A DNA stretch of 64,000 nt from Hormiphora californensis (lineage: Eukaryota > Animalia > Ctenophora): the NCBI GenBank assembly GCA_020137815.1, contig CM035357.1:682001-746000 (forward strand), read 5' to 3'. The notes below the pieces were generated by a model. That model did not search any database. It was not told the DNA's origin and worked only from the letters and a program-made list of their open reading frames with translations. A program made the translations under genes and the position numbers. This document shows positions 27,576 through 40,500 of the stretch, piece after piece (positions within the stretch are counted from its first letter, which is position 1; each line of letters opens with the position of its first letter).

Positions 27576-30500
27576 ACACACTGACACGTCCCCTCCCTTT
27601 CATTGCCGGGTTAAATTATATATATATATAATTATATCGGAGAGATTATTTATTAAGTAACCCTCACTCACACACTAGTCGTGTGTGCCTTTAATTTCCC
27701 GGTTTGAGTATAATTAATCTCGCTTTTTGTTTATCTAACATGCTCATGATCTGTTTGTCTCGAAACCAAGAACCGACGAAATACTGGTCGCTGATTGGCT
27801 GATAACCAGTCACGTGACCTAAATAACGAGTTCTGATTGGTTGTTTACTTGTTTCGGTCGGTTCCTTGTTGTGTGAAAAAGGGAGTTAACCGGCTTGGAA
27901 ATATAGAAACGCTAGAAGATGTAATTAAAATTAAGATTAATTGAGCAATATGTAATATATCCCATAATACGTTATAAGATAGAGTTGGTGTGTGTGTATG
28001 TTAATATTAGAACATTTGTGTGAGAGTGTGCGACAACATATTAGTGGGAGACATGTATTAGATTTGTTATCATTATATTTCATTTACGAATTGGAAGAAA
28101 ATCAGAACGAAAGATGGATGAAGATTGGGCTGTTTTTGTGAAATTGTTACTAATGATATATATGCTCCTTTATTCACCCCCTGTCCGGAGTACTGCTTTT
28201 TTTCCCTCTGTGTGTGTGTCGCAACACTGGAATGATGCGCGTTCAGGGCATGTTTCAAGTTCCACGTGTCATAGCGCAGCCACTAATTAGATTAAGGAAT
28301 AATCATTCACACTAGGTTCAAGCCCAGACAATTCCTAACACTCTAGATCAAACCCGAACTTGAATGGATAAACACAAGCTAGGTTATGGGCTCTTTTGTA
28401 AAAGTTGTCATGATTTTGTACACCACGATATTTGTCAACCTAGACACTTCTCCGGCTCACTGAGAGAGTGATACCCCGAAAATCAAAAAAAGGTGAGATA
28501 TGTCCATCTGGAAACTGTCTGCTGAAGAAGCTAGTGAAATTCTTTTTGAAAACCGACATAAAATGTAGACAGTAGAGATGCGGGATGGACATCATGCTCA
28601 TAATTCGTGTGGTGCGTCACAGTGCTGACACATTGAAGTTTAGAGAGTACTGCTTTTTTCCGGAGTACTGCTTTTTCTCTCTCTGCCATGAGAGCGCGTA
28701 GGGGGGCTGTGGTGAGGACTGTGAGTGTGTCGGGGTGTATCCAGACTGTGTAGAAGTGTGTGGTTACATTCTGTCTCTTACACGATTTAGTGTACCGAAT
28801 ATTACAACTTACAAGGACTAGAATGTTATAATTTTTTTCGGGGTCACACAATGTTTTTCCCCTCGGTTTCTCCAAACCCATTTCTAAAACCAAACAATCT
28901 GCTCCCTTTATCCCTAAAAATTATCCATAATCACAGCAAACCAAAACCCGGTTTTTAACCCCCAACATAAAGCCCCCCAAATCTCTCTGCTCCCAATTTT
29001 AGTCCCCAAAGTCCCCCCTTAGGGGAAAAAACCGCCCCATTTGGGGCTTAAAATTAAACTAAATTTGGGGGGCCTTAAAAAGAGGGTCGGGTTTAAAAAT
29101 TTTTGGGGTAATGGTCCCCCCTTCCCCATTTTGCAAAATTTGGGAAACCCGGGAAAGGGGGGGGGAAAATGATTTTAAGTTAAAAATTTGGGGAACGGGG
29201 TAAACAGTTGCCCCCCCAAGGGCCGATCCCCTCTTTATTTCAATCTCACGGGGTTCTTTAAACCCCCCTGGGGTCCCCCCGCCCTCCCAGGAAATATCGG
29301 GGAACTTAATGGGGGCCATTTAAAGCCCCCCCTCCTTCCACAAGTGCCCCCCCAAAAACCTTTTAGATCCCTTTGGGCCCTTTCCTATAGATACTCTCGA
29401 GATAATGTAGCGGGGCTCTGAGGGGGTATCTACAGTATGTAAGGAGTACCAAGGGAAATTTGGGGGTTTCTATTATCTCAAAGGTTACCCCCTGCCAAAA
29501 TGTCCCCAAAATTTTGTTTTTATACCCCCGAAAAAAACCCCAATGATACTCCTATTTGTTTCATTGGGGGGAAACCATAAAAAAAGGATACTCCTTTGGG
29601 CCCCATTCTGAACCCCTCAGAGCCCCCCTAGAATTCTAAGAAATCTCTAACCCCCTTATACTATTAAAAATACACGTAAAAACTACCCCGCCGATTTTTT
29701 CCGGCATCAGAACCAATTTTTTAGGCCCTTTTCCCAACCATCTCCCCCTTTTCACCTTTTTGTCTTCCCTCTTGTCTTTTCCCTTTGGGTGTCTTCGGCT
29801 GTTGTTTTTCTGTCGTCTGTTTTGGGGGGGTGTCTTTGTTTTGTCGGGTTGTCTGTTGTCGGGTATGGGGTTGTTTCGGGATGGGGTTGTGGTTTTTAGA
29901 ATTTTCCTCTCCCTCGGGGGGAAAAATTTCTTTTGACTTATTGTTTCCCTTTATCTTCTCTTCTCAAAAAATCGAGTCTGTCTTTTGCTCCACTTTTGCA
30001 AATTATCGTTCTATTCTCTACCCTTTTTCTCCTCTTTTTCCTCTCTCTCCTCTTCTCCCTCTTCCCTTTTTCCCAAAAAGAGGTATCTATGAGGTTGGGG
30101 GACATTTTGTGAGGGGGAGGGGGGGGGCTTCACGGCCCATTTTTTTAAGATCGGGGATATGCCCCTAGCAGGGGGGGGTAGTAAAGAAGTATGATAGCTG
30201 AGGATGAAATAGATGAGGGGTCAGGGCCTTTTGGGGAGCTAATTTGGGGTTTAAGCAAAACCTTAAAAGGGGGTAGGGACTTGGGTAGCTAAAAGAGGGA
30301 GTGCAGAGAGTTTGGGGTTTAGTGAGGGTTTGAGGTTACAACGGTATAGGGTGTGGGTGATGGGATAATTGGGGCGATGAGGGGGAGCAGATATTGGTTG
30401 AGAAAAAGGGGGCAGGAGGCTGAGGGAAAAGCATGTGTGACACGTAAAAATTTAAAATTCTAGGGCTTTTTGTAAAATTTGGGGACACTAAAACGTGGGG

Positions 30501-31954
30501 GGGAGGGCAGAATGTAACCCCCACACTTCTACCCAGTCTGGATACACCCCGACACCTCACAGTCCCCACCAAAACAGCCCCCCCTACGCGCTCTATGGGC
30601 AGAGAGAGAAAAAGCCAAGGGCCCGGGGGAAAAAAAAACCCGTACTCTCTAAACTTAATTTTTCAGCACTGTGACCCCAACCCCCACGGGGAATTTTGAG
30701 AAGATGTCCATCCCAAACTCTCCCTCTACATTTTTTGCGGTTTTCAAAAAAAAAATTTTCACTTTGCTTTTTCGCAGACAATTCCAGAGGGGAAAAACTC
30801 ACCTTTTTTTTAATTTTTTTTGGGGGGGATTACTCTCTTAGGAGCCGGGGGAAGTTGCTAGGTTTACAAAAAATCGTGGTTGTACAAAATCATGAAAAAT
30901 TTTACAAAAGGCCCCCTAAACCTAGCTTTTTGTTTACCATTTTAAATTCGGGGTTTTTATCTAGAGTGTTAGGAATTTTTGGGCTTGAAAACCCAGTGTG
31001 AATGATTTCCTTTAAACTTTAATTTGTGGCTGCCTTTTTTTACCCCGTGGAACTTGGGAAAATGCCCGAAACCCGCATATTTTCCCGGGTTTGGCGACCC
31101 CACAAAAGAGGGAAAAAAAAAAACAGGCGTTTTCCCCGGGCAGGGGGGTTATTTAAACAAGGGGGGGTTTTGCGCCCTCGCGTTTGGGTGGACGGGTGTG
31201 GTGTGTGATGTGTGGGGTTTTGTTTTGGGGTTTTTTCTTGGGGCGAGTTGTACAATGTACATTGGCAGAATTGTTTTACTTAAAATCTAGTTGAAATAAG
31301 CCGGTTTTTCTTGTTCATGTTGAAACTCCAATGTGTTGGTGAAATTAGTCCGCGGGGGGAGAAAAAAGGCGCGAGAGAATACATTTTTCGCTGCGGTTAA
31401 AAGCCGCGCTTTTTAAAATTCTTCGGGGCGCGGAAATTTTAAATTTGACAAAAGACGCGAAATTTTTAAATTTAAAAATTTAAAAAATCGTGGCAGGGTT
31501 TTCAAAAAAAAAAGTCATTTTCATATTTTTTTGTTTCTTTTAAAAAAGGGGCGTTCGACCCGAGGGGGTTTTGATAACGGGAGACTTTTTAAAAGCGGGT
31601 TTGGACGCCCGTTGGAAATTTTGAACGAGGAAAAGAAAAAAGGAGGGAAAAAAAATTTGAAAAAGGATTTTAACGAAATTTTAGCAAAGATTTTTAAAAA
31701 AAAGATTTTTAATCGTGTGCTGGGCCCGCTGGTTTTTTTTAAGAATGCAGAATTTTGGCGCCTGCGTGATGAACACGCCCCTGAAAAGTTTTTGCGGGTG
31801 CCCTATTTCTTTTGGGTTTGGTTTCAATTTGCCAAAGGCCTTTACGCCCCAAAAAAGGTATTGTTGTTACCTGTCAATCGTCAATCACCCATTACCCATA
31901 TTATGATTTGATGATTTGACTACTAATTTTACTTCTTTACCTTTCCATAGCAGG

Positions 31955-32990
31955 ATGATCAAAGTAAGGAATGCCCAAGGAGAGTACCCCTGTTATTTGT
32001 GCGAGGCGAATCTAAACTCTAAAAAAGACCTTCGTCTTTAAAACCCTTTAGGCCACCCCCAAAGGGGGGACGAAAAACAAAAATGCTCAGAAAGTTTGGG
32101 TGACCCTTTAAAGATATTCATCTGTTTCCCTCGCCAATTTAAAAAAAGGTTTAAAAAGGGCGGTCAAAAAAATTTTTCTGCTCCTTTTGCGAGGGAAACG
32201 GATACTCCCACAAAATTTTACCTTTGAAAACCAAATTTTCCCAAAGAAAACCCCTCCCCGGTTTATGGGCCGATCGACAAAAGGGGTACCGGTGGGGGAA
32301 ATTTTCGGCCGGGGGGCGCGGCTCTTGGGGAAATCAAACGGGTTTACCGCCCAACAGGGAAACCCAAAAAGATCAAGTGCCCCTTCTGCCTGAAAATTTC
32401 TTCGACCCCAAACTACGGAAAAAAACACTGCAAGAGGGGGACGGTAAGGGCCCCCGGACAACTTAATCTGTAAGTTTTGTTGCTGGGGTTTGGAGTGTGT
32501 TGGGCAGGAAAAAGGGCACATGGGGTTTTTGGGCTGATTTGGGAAAGGGGGTGTTTTTCTGTAACCGGCAATATTGCGATGATTATTTTTTCCAAAGGGG
32601 GAGGAGCTCCTGGTCAATTTAATTTACACCCCTGGAAGGGCGATCTGGGGCCATTGAGAAAGGGGGGGGACATGAGAAGAGGTGCTGGGAGTGTGATTTA
32701 ATTTCCCCAAACCCCTTTAAAGATTTTAAAAGGAAACCCTTGGGGGTGTCCATCACCAATCATTTAAGTACAGGTGCGGCGAGGGGGGATGTGGGGGGGG
32801 ACTTCACTTTATTTTTCAAATGTGGGGGATCAACTTTTAGTAGCTCCCACGCCTTATCGAGACACGAGTGTTATAAGGCTACTACTAAGAAGATTAGGCT
32901 CACACCCCCGTGTTACGGGAAAAGGGCTTCGGGGGGTGTATGGGGGGGTTTCCCGTAAAAAACAGTTGAAAAGTAATTTAAATTTTTGAT
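31955..32990 (+). CDS. Probable C2H2 zinc-finger gene in error-rich sequence
   Basis: ttccatag|caggATG then MIKVRNAQGEYPCYLCEANLNSKKDLRL.. (C2H2-like). Later KCPFC-like remnant near 32375. The frame is destroyed by homopolymer noise and the end coordinate is approximate. Confidence 0.4.
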
Positions 32991-33039
32991 TATGGTTGGA
33001 AAAAAAAAAATTTTTTCTTTTTTGTCTGTTTGCCTTTCC

Positions 33040-34250
33040 CCCAGTACCTCCCCCCCTCAGTTCCCCCCCCCCCAATACCCCCCCCTAATTAAACCCCCAA
33101 AGCCCAAAACCCGCCCAAACCCAATACCCCCCACCGAGAACCCCCCACCCATACCTCCCCCCCATTACCTCCCCCCTCAGTACCTCCCCCCCTCAGTAAA
33201 CCCCCCCCCTCCGTAAAATCCCCCTCAAAACTCCCAAAATCAGTACCTCCCACCCCAAAACCTCCCCCCTATTTCCCACCTCAGTACCTCCCACACTCAG
33301 TACCCCCACCTCATACAGACAACTCAGTACCTCCACCTCAGTTACAACCCAAAGCCTCAGTAAATGCAAACGCATTACATCCCACATCAGTACCCCCCAC
33401 CTCCAGTACCCCCCACCTCAATACTCCCACTCAACCTCCACCTTTCAGTTACCTCCCACATCAGTACCCCCCACCTCAGTACCTCCCACCTCAGTACCTC
33501 CCACCTCAGTACCTCCCACCTCAGTACCTCCCACCTCAGTACCTCCCACCTCAGTACCTCCCACCTCAGTACCTCCCACCTCAGTACCTCCCACCTCATT
33601 ACCTCCCACCTCAGTACCTCCCACCTCAGTACCTCCCACCTCAGTACCTCCCACCTCAGTACCTCCCACCTCAGTACCTCCCACCTCATTACCTCCCACC
33701 TCAGTACCTCCCACCTCATTACCTCCCACCTCAGTACCTCCCACCTCAGTACCTCCCACCTCAGTACCTCCCACCTCAATACCTCTCACCTCAATACCTC
33801 CCACCTCAGTACCTCCCACCTCAGTACCTCATTACCTCAGTACCTCCCACCTCAATACCTCCCACCTCAGTACACGCCACCTCAGTACCTCTCACCTCAT
33901 TACCCCCCACCTCATTACCTCCCACCTCAGTACCTCCAACCTCAGTACCCCCCACCTCAGTACCTCCCACCTCAGTACCTCCCACCTCAGTACCTCCCAC
34001 CACCCACCTCAATACCTCCCACCTCAGTACCTCCCACCTCAGTACCTCATTACCTCAGTACCTCCCACCTCAATACCTCTCACCTCAGTACCTCCCACCT
34101 CAGTACCTCCCACCTCATTACCTCCCACCTCAATACCTCCCACCTCAGTACCTCCCACCTCAGTACCCCCCACCTCATTACCCCCCACCTCATTACCTCC
34201 CACCTCAGTACCTCTCACCTCAGTACCTCCCACCTCAGTACCTCAGTACC
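33040..34250 (+). repeat. 15-bp minisatellite (ACCTCCCACCTCAGT)n ending at the AG just before an AGA first exon
   Basis: Read directly; the left part is noisy. Confidence 0.92.
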
Positions 34251-34567
34251 GACAATGGGTTCAATTCAACTTGCTAAATTTTTGGCAATCATTCTACAGA
34301 TATCCATAGGTATACAGGGGGGGGGAACACCCCATTTCGAGAACACATTAAAACAAGATATTCACCAAACTAACTTGTTTTAATATGAAATGCACAGGTC
34401 TTACCAATGTATTCGCTTCCTTTCGTGGTATCACTATCAGGCATGGTACTCATGCTCTCTTCTCTTGTTGTACCTAGAGTCTGACCAGCATGGGGTGCAA
34501 GTTTGCCAGCTTCAAAACCTAGTAAAATGTTATGTTATTTTCCGTCAATACCTCTCATCTTAGTACC

Positions 34568-37500
34568 ATGAATCCAATTCTACTTCTTTTGGCAATCATT
34601 CTACAGATAACCACAGGTAACAGTATTCTAACTGCATTGATTGTGGCATTGATTGTGGCATGGTGATATTTCTCTTGCTATATCAGGATGCTGTATGCTG
34701 ATTTCAGGAGATGATCCCATGACTACTGCAGTGGTTACCATGGTAACATATCACTCATTTCAGGAGATGATCCCATGACAAGTGTGTTCGCGATCAATAC
34801 TTGGCCCTTTACCTCTGCAACAGACGCTGCCTTCAAAGTTCTCCTTGATACAGGGACCGCTGTTGATGCGGTGAGTGCCATTAGGCAAACGGGATCCAAT
34901 AAATCTGAACCCCTATAGTAACCCGGAACCCCCCCTTAGACCTCACAGTGGTCTTCCGACATAATTGCCATATATCTCGACGTGAACTTCGTCGAGAAAT
35001 TCAACGAGAATTAGCAGGCGTTCAGTTATGAACGCCTGTTGAAAGTTGCCACGCATTCTTCTCTCTCGTTAGTCTTTACGTCTCTCTCACTACGAATGTG
35101 CGGCAAATTTCAACAGGCGTTCATAACTGAACGCCTGCTAATTCTCGTCGAATTTCTCGTCGAAGTTCACGTCGAGATATGGCAATTATGTCGGATGACC
35201 ACTGTAAGTAACCCCCCAAGTTACCTGTATTTTAGCCACTATGCTGTCAAGTGGTTGCGGGGTGTACTCAGTGTGAGATAGATCAGTGTGATCACACCCC
35301 CCCCCCTAGTACCCACCTTAGTAACCCCCTTAGTAACCCCTTAGTAACCCCCTTAGTAATCCCCAAGTTACCTGTATTTTAGCCACTATGCTGTCAGGTG
35401 GTTGCGGGGTGTACTCAGTGTGAGATAGATCAGTGTGATCACACCCCCCCTAGTACCCACCTTAGTAACCCCCTTAGTAACCCCTTAGTAACCCCCTTAG
35501 TAATCCCCAAGTTACCTGTATTTTAGCCACTATTCTGTCAGGTGGTTGCGGGGTGTACTCAGTGTGAGATAGATCAGTGTGATCACACCCCCCCTAGTAC
35601 CCACCTTAGTAACCCCCTTAGTAACCCCTTAGTAACCCCCTTAGTAATCCCCAAGTTACCTGTATTTTAGCCACTATTCTGTCAGGTGGTTGCGGGGTGT
35701 ACTCAGTGTGAGATAGATCAGTGTGATCACACCCCCCCCCCCTTAGTAACCACCTTAGTAACCCCTTAGTAACCCCATAGTTACCTATATTTGTTCAGGT
35801 GGTTGCGGGGTGTACTCAGTGTGAGATAGATCAGTGTGATCACACCCCCCCCCCCTAGTAACCCCCTTAGTAACCCCATAGTAACCCCCTAGTTACCTAT
35901 ATTTGTTCAGGTGGTTGCGGGGTGTACTCAGTGTGAGATAGATCAGTGTGATCACACCGTAGGATGGGATGGATCGCCCGATGAAGAGGGTCACACCACA
36001 CTGGATGCCCTGGTAATGGAGGGAGCAAATCAGGATATGGGAGCTGTCAGCCAGGTACAGGATCTTACAGGGACACCACGTAGTGTTGTCAGACACTGAC
36101 TGTACAATGTACATCACGCAACCTCGATACACAGTCAGACCCCAGACACAGCTTTAGCACACGCAAAGATCAACACACGGCACGGTATAAAGTCCAATTT
36201 TTTATTTAAGCGACAGGCCGCCGCGCATCAAAATGCAGTGCTTGAAATCGATTTCCGGTTCCTGATAAGCTAGCGACTTTTTCTTGGTGCCATTGGAAAG
36301 ACAAAAATTTTATCTTTCCAACGCAACCAGGATCAAGTCTTTAACTTATCAGGAACCGGAGATATGGTCAATTAACCAATTGTGTGCACGGCGGCCTGTC
36401 GCTTAAATAAACAAGAATTGTTTGCATTATGTATCCATAATGCTACGTTTCCCTGCCCTCTTCGATTTGCCATTCAACTCGCCCAACGAGTAAGCTGTCC
36501 GCAAAATGGGGATTTGTGTTTTTCGAATTTTTGAAAAAAACGCAGAACAGATTTTTCAATTTCTCCATTTCCCCAATCAAAACGTGCGGCCGATATAAAA
36601 CAAATTTTGCCGCGCGTTACAGTTTATAGCTGCGCACACCTCATCAAATTTCAATTGTTTGCGCGCGCGCATTTTACCCCGCAAGTGTCAGATCGCGCGC
36701 GCCGCGAGGTTACCCCTCGCAACGAAAGTGTGACCAAAATGGTCCCTCTACCGATTAGTTAGTATACCAAAATGTCGTTTTCGAATTCTAACCCTGCTAT
36801 GCCTTTTTACAAAGTAAAAAGGCATCCGGGTGAATGCCTTCGGCATTCACCCGGGCAGGGAAAAAATTCGACTATACACAGTTTCTCTTCAGAAGCACTC
36901 GTTCTTGTAAAAAAAGCTTCGCGCGACTTTCCCACGGTGTGTGGGAAAAGTGAGAGACTCATTTAGGCTATAGAGAGAGAAGAGTTGGCGCACAATAGCA
37001 TTTGGTTTGTGCGGCACGTTTCAGATCTAAGTAGAACTTTTGGGGTAAGACCCTACTCCTACGCCGCCTCACGTAGCCGCACCGGGCCTTCGGCCCAGTG
37101 CGAAGAGGAGGGTCTTATATGCGACAAGCGTAGTGGTGCTCTGTCACAACGTTGGGTGCAAGCCCCCTTTTCTCCGTCCTGTGCTGTCTCTCGCGGTGTC
37201 TCTATTACAACAATGGTAACATTTTCTATAAAGTAGACTAGTCCTGTGCTGTCTCTCGCGGGGTCTTTAATTATGATAATGGTAACATTTTCTATAACTA
37301 GTTTTTGTTGTCAGTTGAAATCAGTACGGGAGGCAATTCAGGTTGCAAGAGCTGTCATGGACCATACATACCACTCTCTATTAGTTGGTGAAAATGCCAC
37401 CAACTTTGCCCTTTCCATGGGATTCAAAAAGCAGGAACTCTCTTCCAAGGAATCTCTTCAATTGTGGAAAGTGAGTACTGTGACATTTATTGATATGAAA

Positions 37501-40500
37501 TAGAAATATCTAGGAGAGTGAGTACTGAATTATATGACATTTATTGATATATGAAATATAAATATCTAGGAGAGTGAGTACTGAATTATGACATTTACTG
37601 ATACAGTCGGACCCCGATTTAGGGGCCCCCGATTTAGTGCCACCCCGATTTAGGGACAGGATTTTTTTCCCCCGATATACGAAAATTAACATTATTTGAA
37701 CCCGATTTAGTGGACACCCCGATTTAGTGGACAAGAGCCTTTCCCCCGAGGGTGTCCCTAAATCGGGGTCCGACTGTATATGAAATAGAAATGTCTAGGA
37801 GCTCTTAAATATATATGGTGGTTCTGATAGGGATCCTCCGTCATATTTGTCGAATGTCGCTTACATAGCGTTGCCTACGATGCGGTCAGCGACTTCTAAG
37901 ACACACGAAAGATACTTAGACGTCGTAGACTGCGTATTAGGCAACGCTTTATACAGGCGGCCAACATACACCACTGGCCAATATATGGTCAGTTTAAATT
38001 ACGTCTGTACAAATTAGCAAAATTTTTCAAATAGGCTTATTGGTATGATAACTAGTTGTGTAGAGAATTCTCAATACCTTATCTGGTCAGAAAGTAACTA
38101 AATGATCATTATCTGAAGGAACGAAGTCAATATCTGTTGTGGAGCCGGAGATATAAGTGCAAACTTTTGTGGAGCACATTTTTTGTGGAGCAGGGCTGTA
38201 TTGGCCACATCTTAATTTCTAAAATTCTGGTTTTTTTAGTGAAGCATCTAGTTAATAAGACGAATATTTTCTGACCTTTTTTTTCCAAAATGGAGGCCCA
38301 ACTAATGTGGAGCTGTGCTATTTTGACCAATTTTTTGGCTTCAAGCTGGCCCAACCGGGGTGTAACGTTCCGATAGAATCATGCGATTTTCACAAGAGTT
38401 AACTCTATGCAATTTTTGATTTTTTAGACTTGAATTTTATACTCAAAACTGCCCAACCGATGTGGAGCTGGCTTTTGAAAAAGACGGATTAAAATCTAAA
38501 GATTTATTAATTAATGCATTTTTCAAAACTTGGTCAAAATACCATTATAATGTAAAATAGTATCATTTTTTGTCAATAATATCGGAGATGATGTATGTTT
38601 CCACCTTGTGGAGCATGCTAAATTGTCATTCGGCCCAACTGTGTGGAGCCAAGTGGTTTTAAACGATTCAAAACACTCCACACGGTTGGACATTGAGTTT
38701 TATTCCCTGAATTCATTATGGGTTGCTCTTATAACCAATTCTGTGCACTTATAAAATAATTAAAACCTGAAATTCGGCCCAACCAGTGTGGATCTAACAC
38801 TTATTAAGCGCCATGCATGCAGCACTCTGTATTGGAAATGAGCTTTAATTGATTAAACTACGATACAAATCGAGATTTAATCAGTTTTAGGTCATTTATT
38901 GGCTTGCTAGACAATATCCCAACCATGTGGAGCCTCTTGATATATCTGTGCCCAACCAGGAGGAGCTATAGGGCAAAAATGGGTAGGATTACTCTAAATA
39001 AACTTATAGGCCCCTCATAGGCTATTCTTCAGTGCTCCACACGGTTGGGCTGGATATTTCGCATTGTTTACTAGTTCAAATTGTTTATTAATATACCCTT
39101 CGATGAAAGAATGATAAAGTATTAGTAAAAATGCTTCAATATTATTATATTTAATAATTTCGAAACTCCTTCCTTAAAACTAAGGCTCCACTCGGTTGGG
39201 CCATCCATTTTTGAATTGAAATCATTTTTATAGTTAGTAAATAGTAAGTACAACAGTTTTATGTGATATTTGGTGACTATAAATTTGAAACAATGGCAAT
39301 AAAAATCAATTTTGTGATTTTATTTTCCCTATTACTTACTTAAAAATTTGCTCCACACTGGTTGGGCTCGTAAAACTTAAAAACGCTACTAAGTTCAATA
39401 AGTTGAATGTTTTCGAATATATTCCCGTTGTAAGGTCGTAAAAATTTGCTTATTATTTTAGCTAAATATAGCTTCGAAAATCAGTCACTCTTTTCATGAA
39501 GGCTCCACATAGGTTGGGCGTCAAAACCAGCCCAACCGGGGGTTTGTCGATTCCTTGATTGATTGCTAATGGATCTGGTTTAAAAAATATGAAAAATATT
39601 TGATAATTATTTCTCTATGGAGATTTCATTAAAGCCTGGTTTCTCCTCGTCATAGGCTCCACATCGGTTGGACCATGAAGTATTTGATCGGTTGAAACTT
39701 TAAAGCGTAGTATTTGGGTTATAATACCCAAATTTGGATGTCTCAATTGCTCCACATGTCGCTGGGCATTGGTTTTAGTACTGACAGTCATAAAATTATG
39801 ACTGAGGCACCCCGAAAAGTGTACAGACGTAATTTAAACTGACCATATATGCCAATAAATGCACCATGCTCAGCAGAGTCTAATGCCTTTCGAAATATGT
39901 TGTTGACACTGGGCCATACTATAGAGGTGGAAGTTGAATAAATGCCAGCCGAACTTCTGGAAAAATATGGCGAATTCTACGATAACCTGTGGCCCTTACA
40001 CCCCATTACCCGCGGCAGATGAAGGCAGTGATCAGCTGAACTGGCCCTGGGCTGATGAGTAAGTACATTATAACTAGTGAACTTTCTTTAGAAGAACCAT
40101 CTTTATTATATATTATGATGAAGTTCGTTTTGGAGTTTTTCGTAAGTTTTGTCATATATGATTAAACTTATGAAAAACTCCAAACCGAACTTCATCTCAG
40201 TCTATATCATATATTTTGCAGGGGAAACCACGACACTATTTCAGGGGAAACCACGACACAATAGGCATGATAACCATGGACCAAGAAGGGAGGATGGCGG
40301 CGGGTACCTCTACTAACGGTGCCACCCACAAGATACCTGGGAGGGTTAGCGATAGCGTTATACCCGGGGCGGGTGCCTTTGTGGATAATCGTGTTGGAGG
40401 GGCAGTTGCTACTGGGGATGGGGATGTTATGATGAGGTTCTCACCCGCTTTCCTTACTGTGGAACTCATGCGAGGTAGGTGTTACTATAGTTACTAGGAA

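Noticed and set aside
28860-33300. Numerous short ORFs
   Set aside because: Unpolished sequence with inflated homopolymers; only the zinc-finger start near 31955 is interpretable.
33364-34383. 339-aa (STSHL)n ORF
   Set aside because: Open frame of a 15-bp minisatellite; only its end overlaps an AGA first exon.
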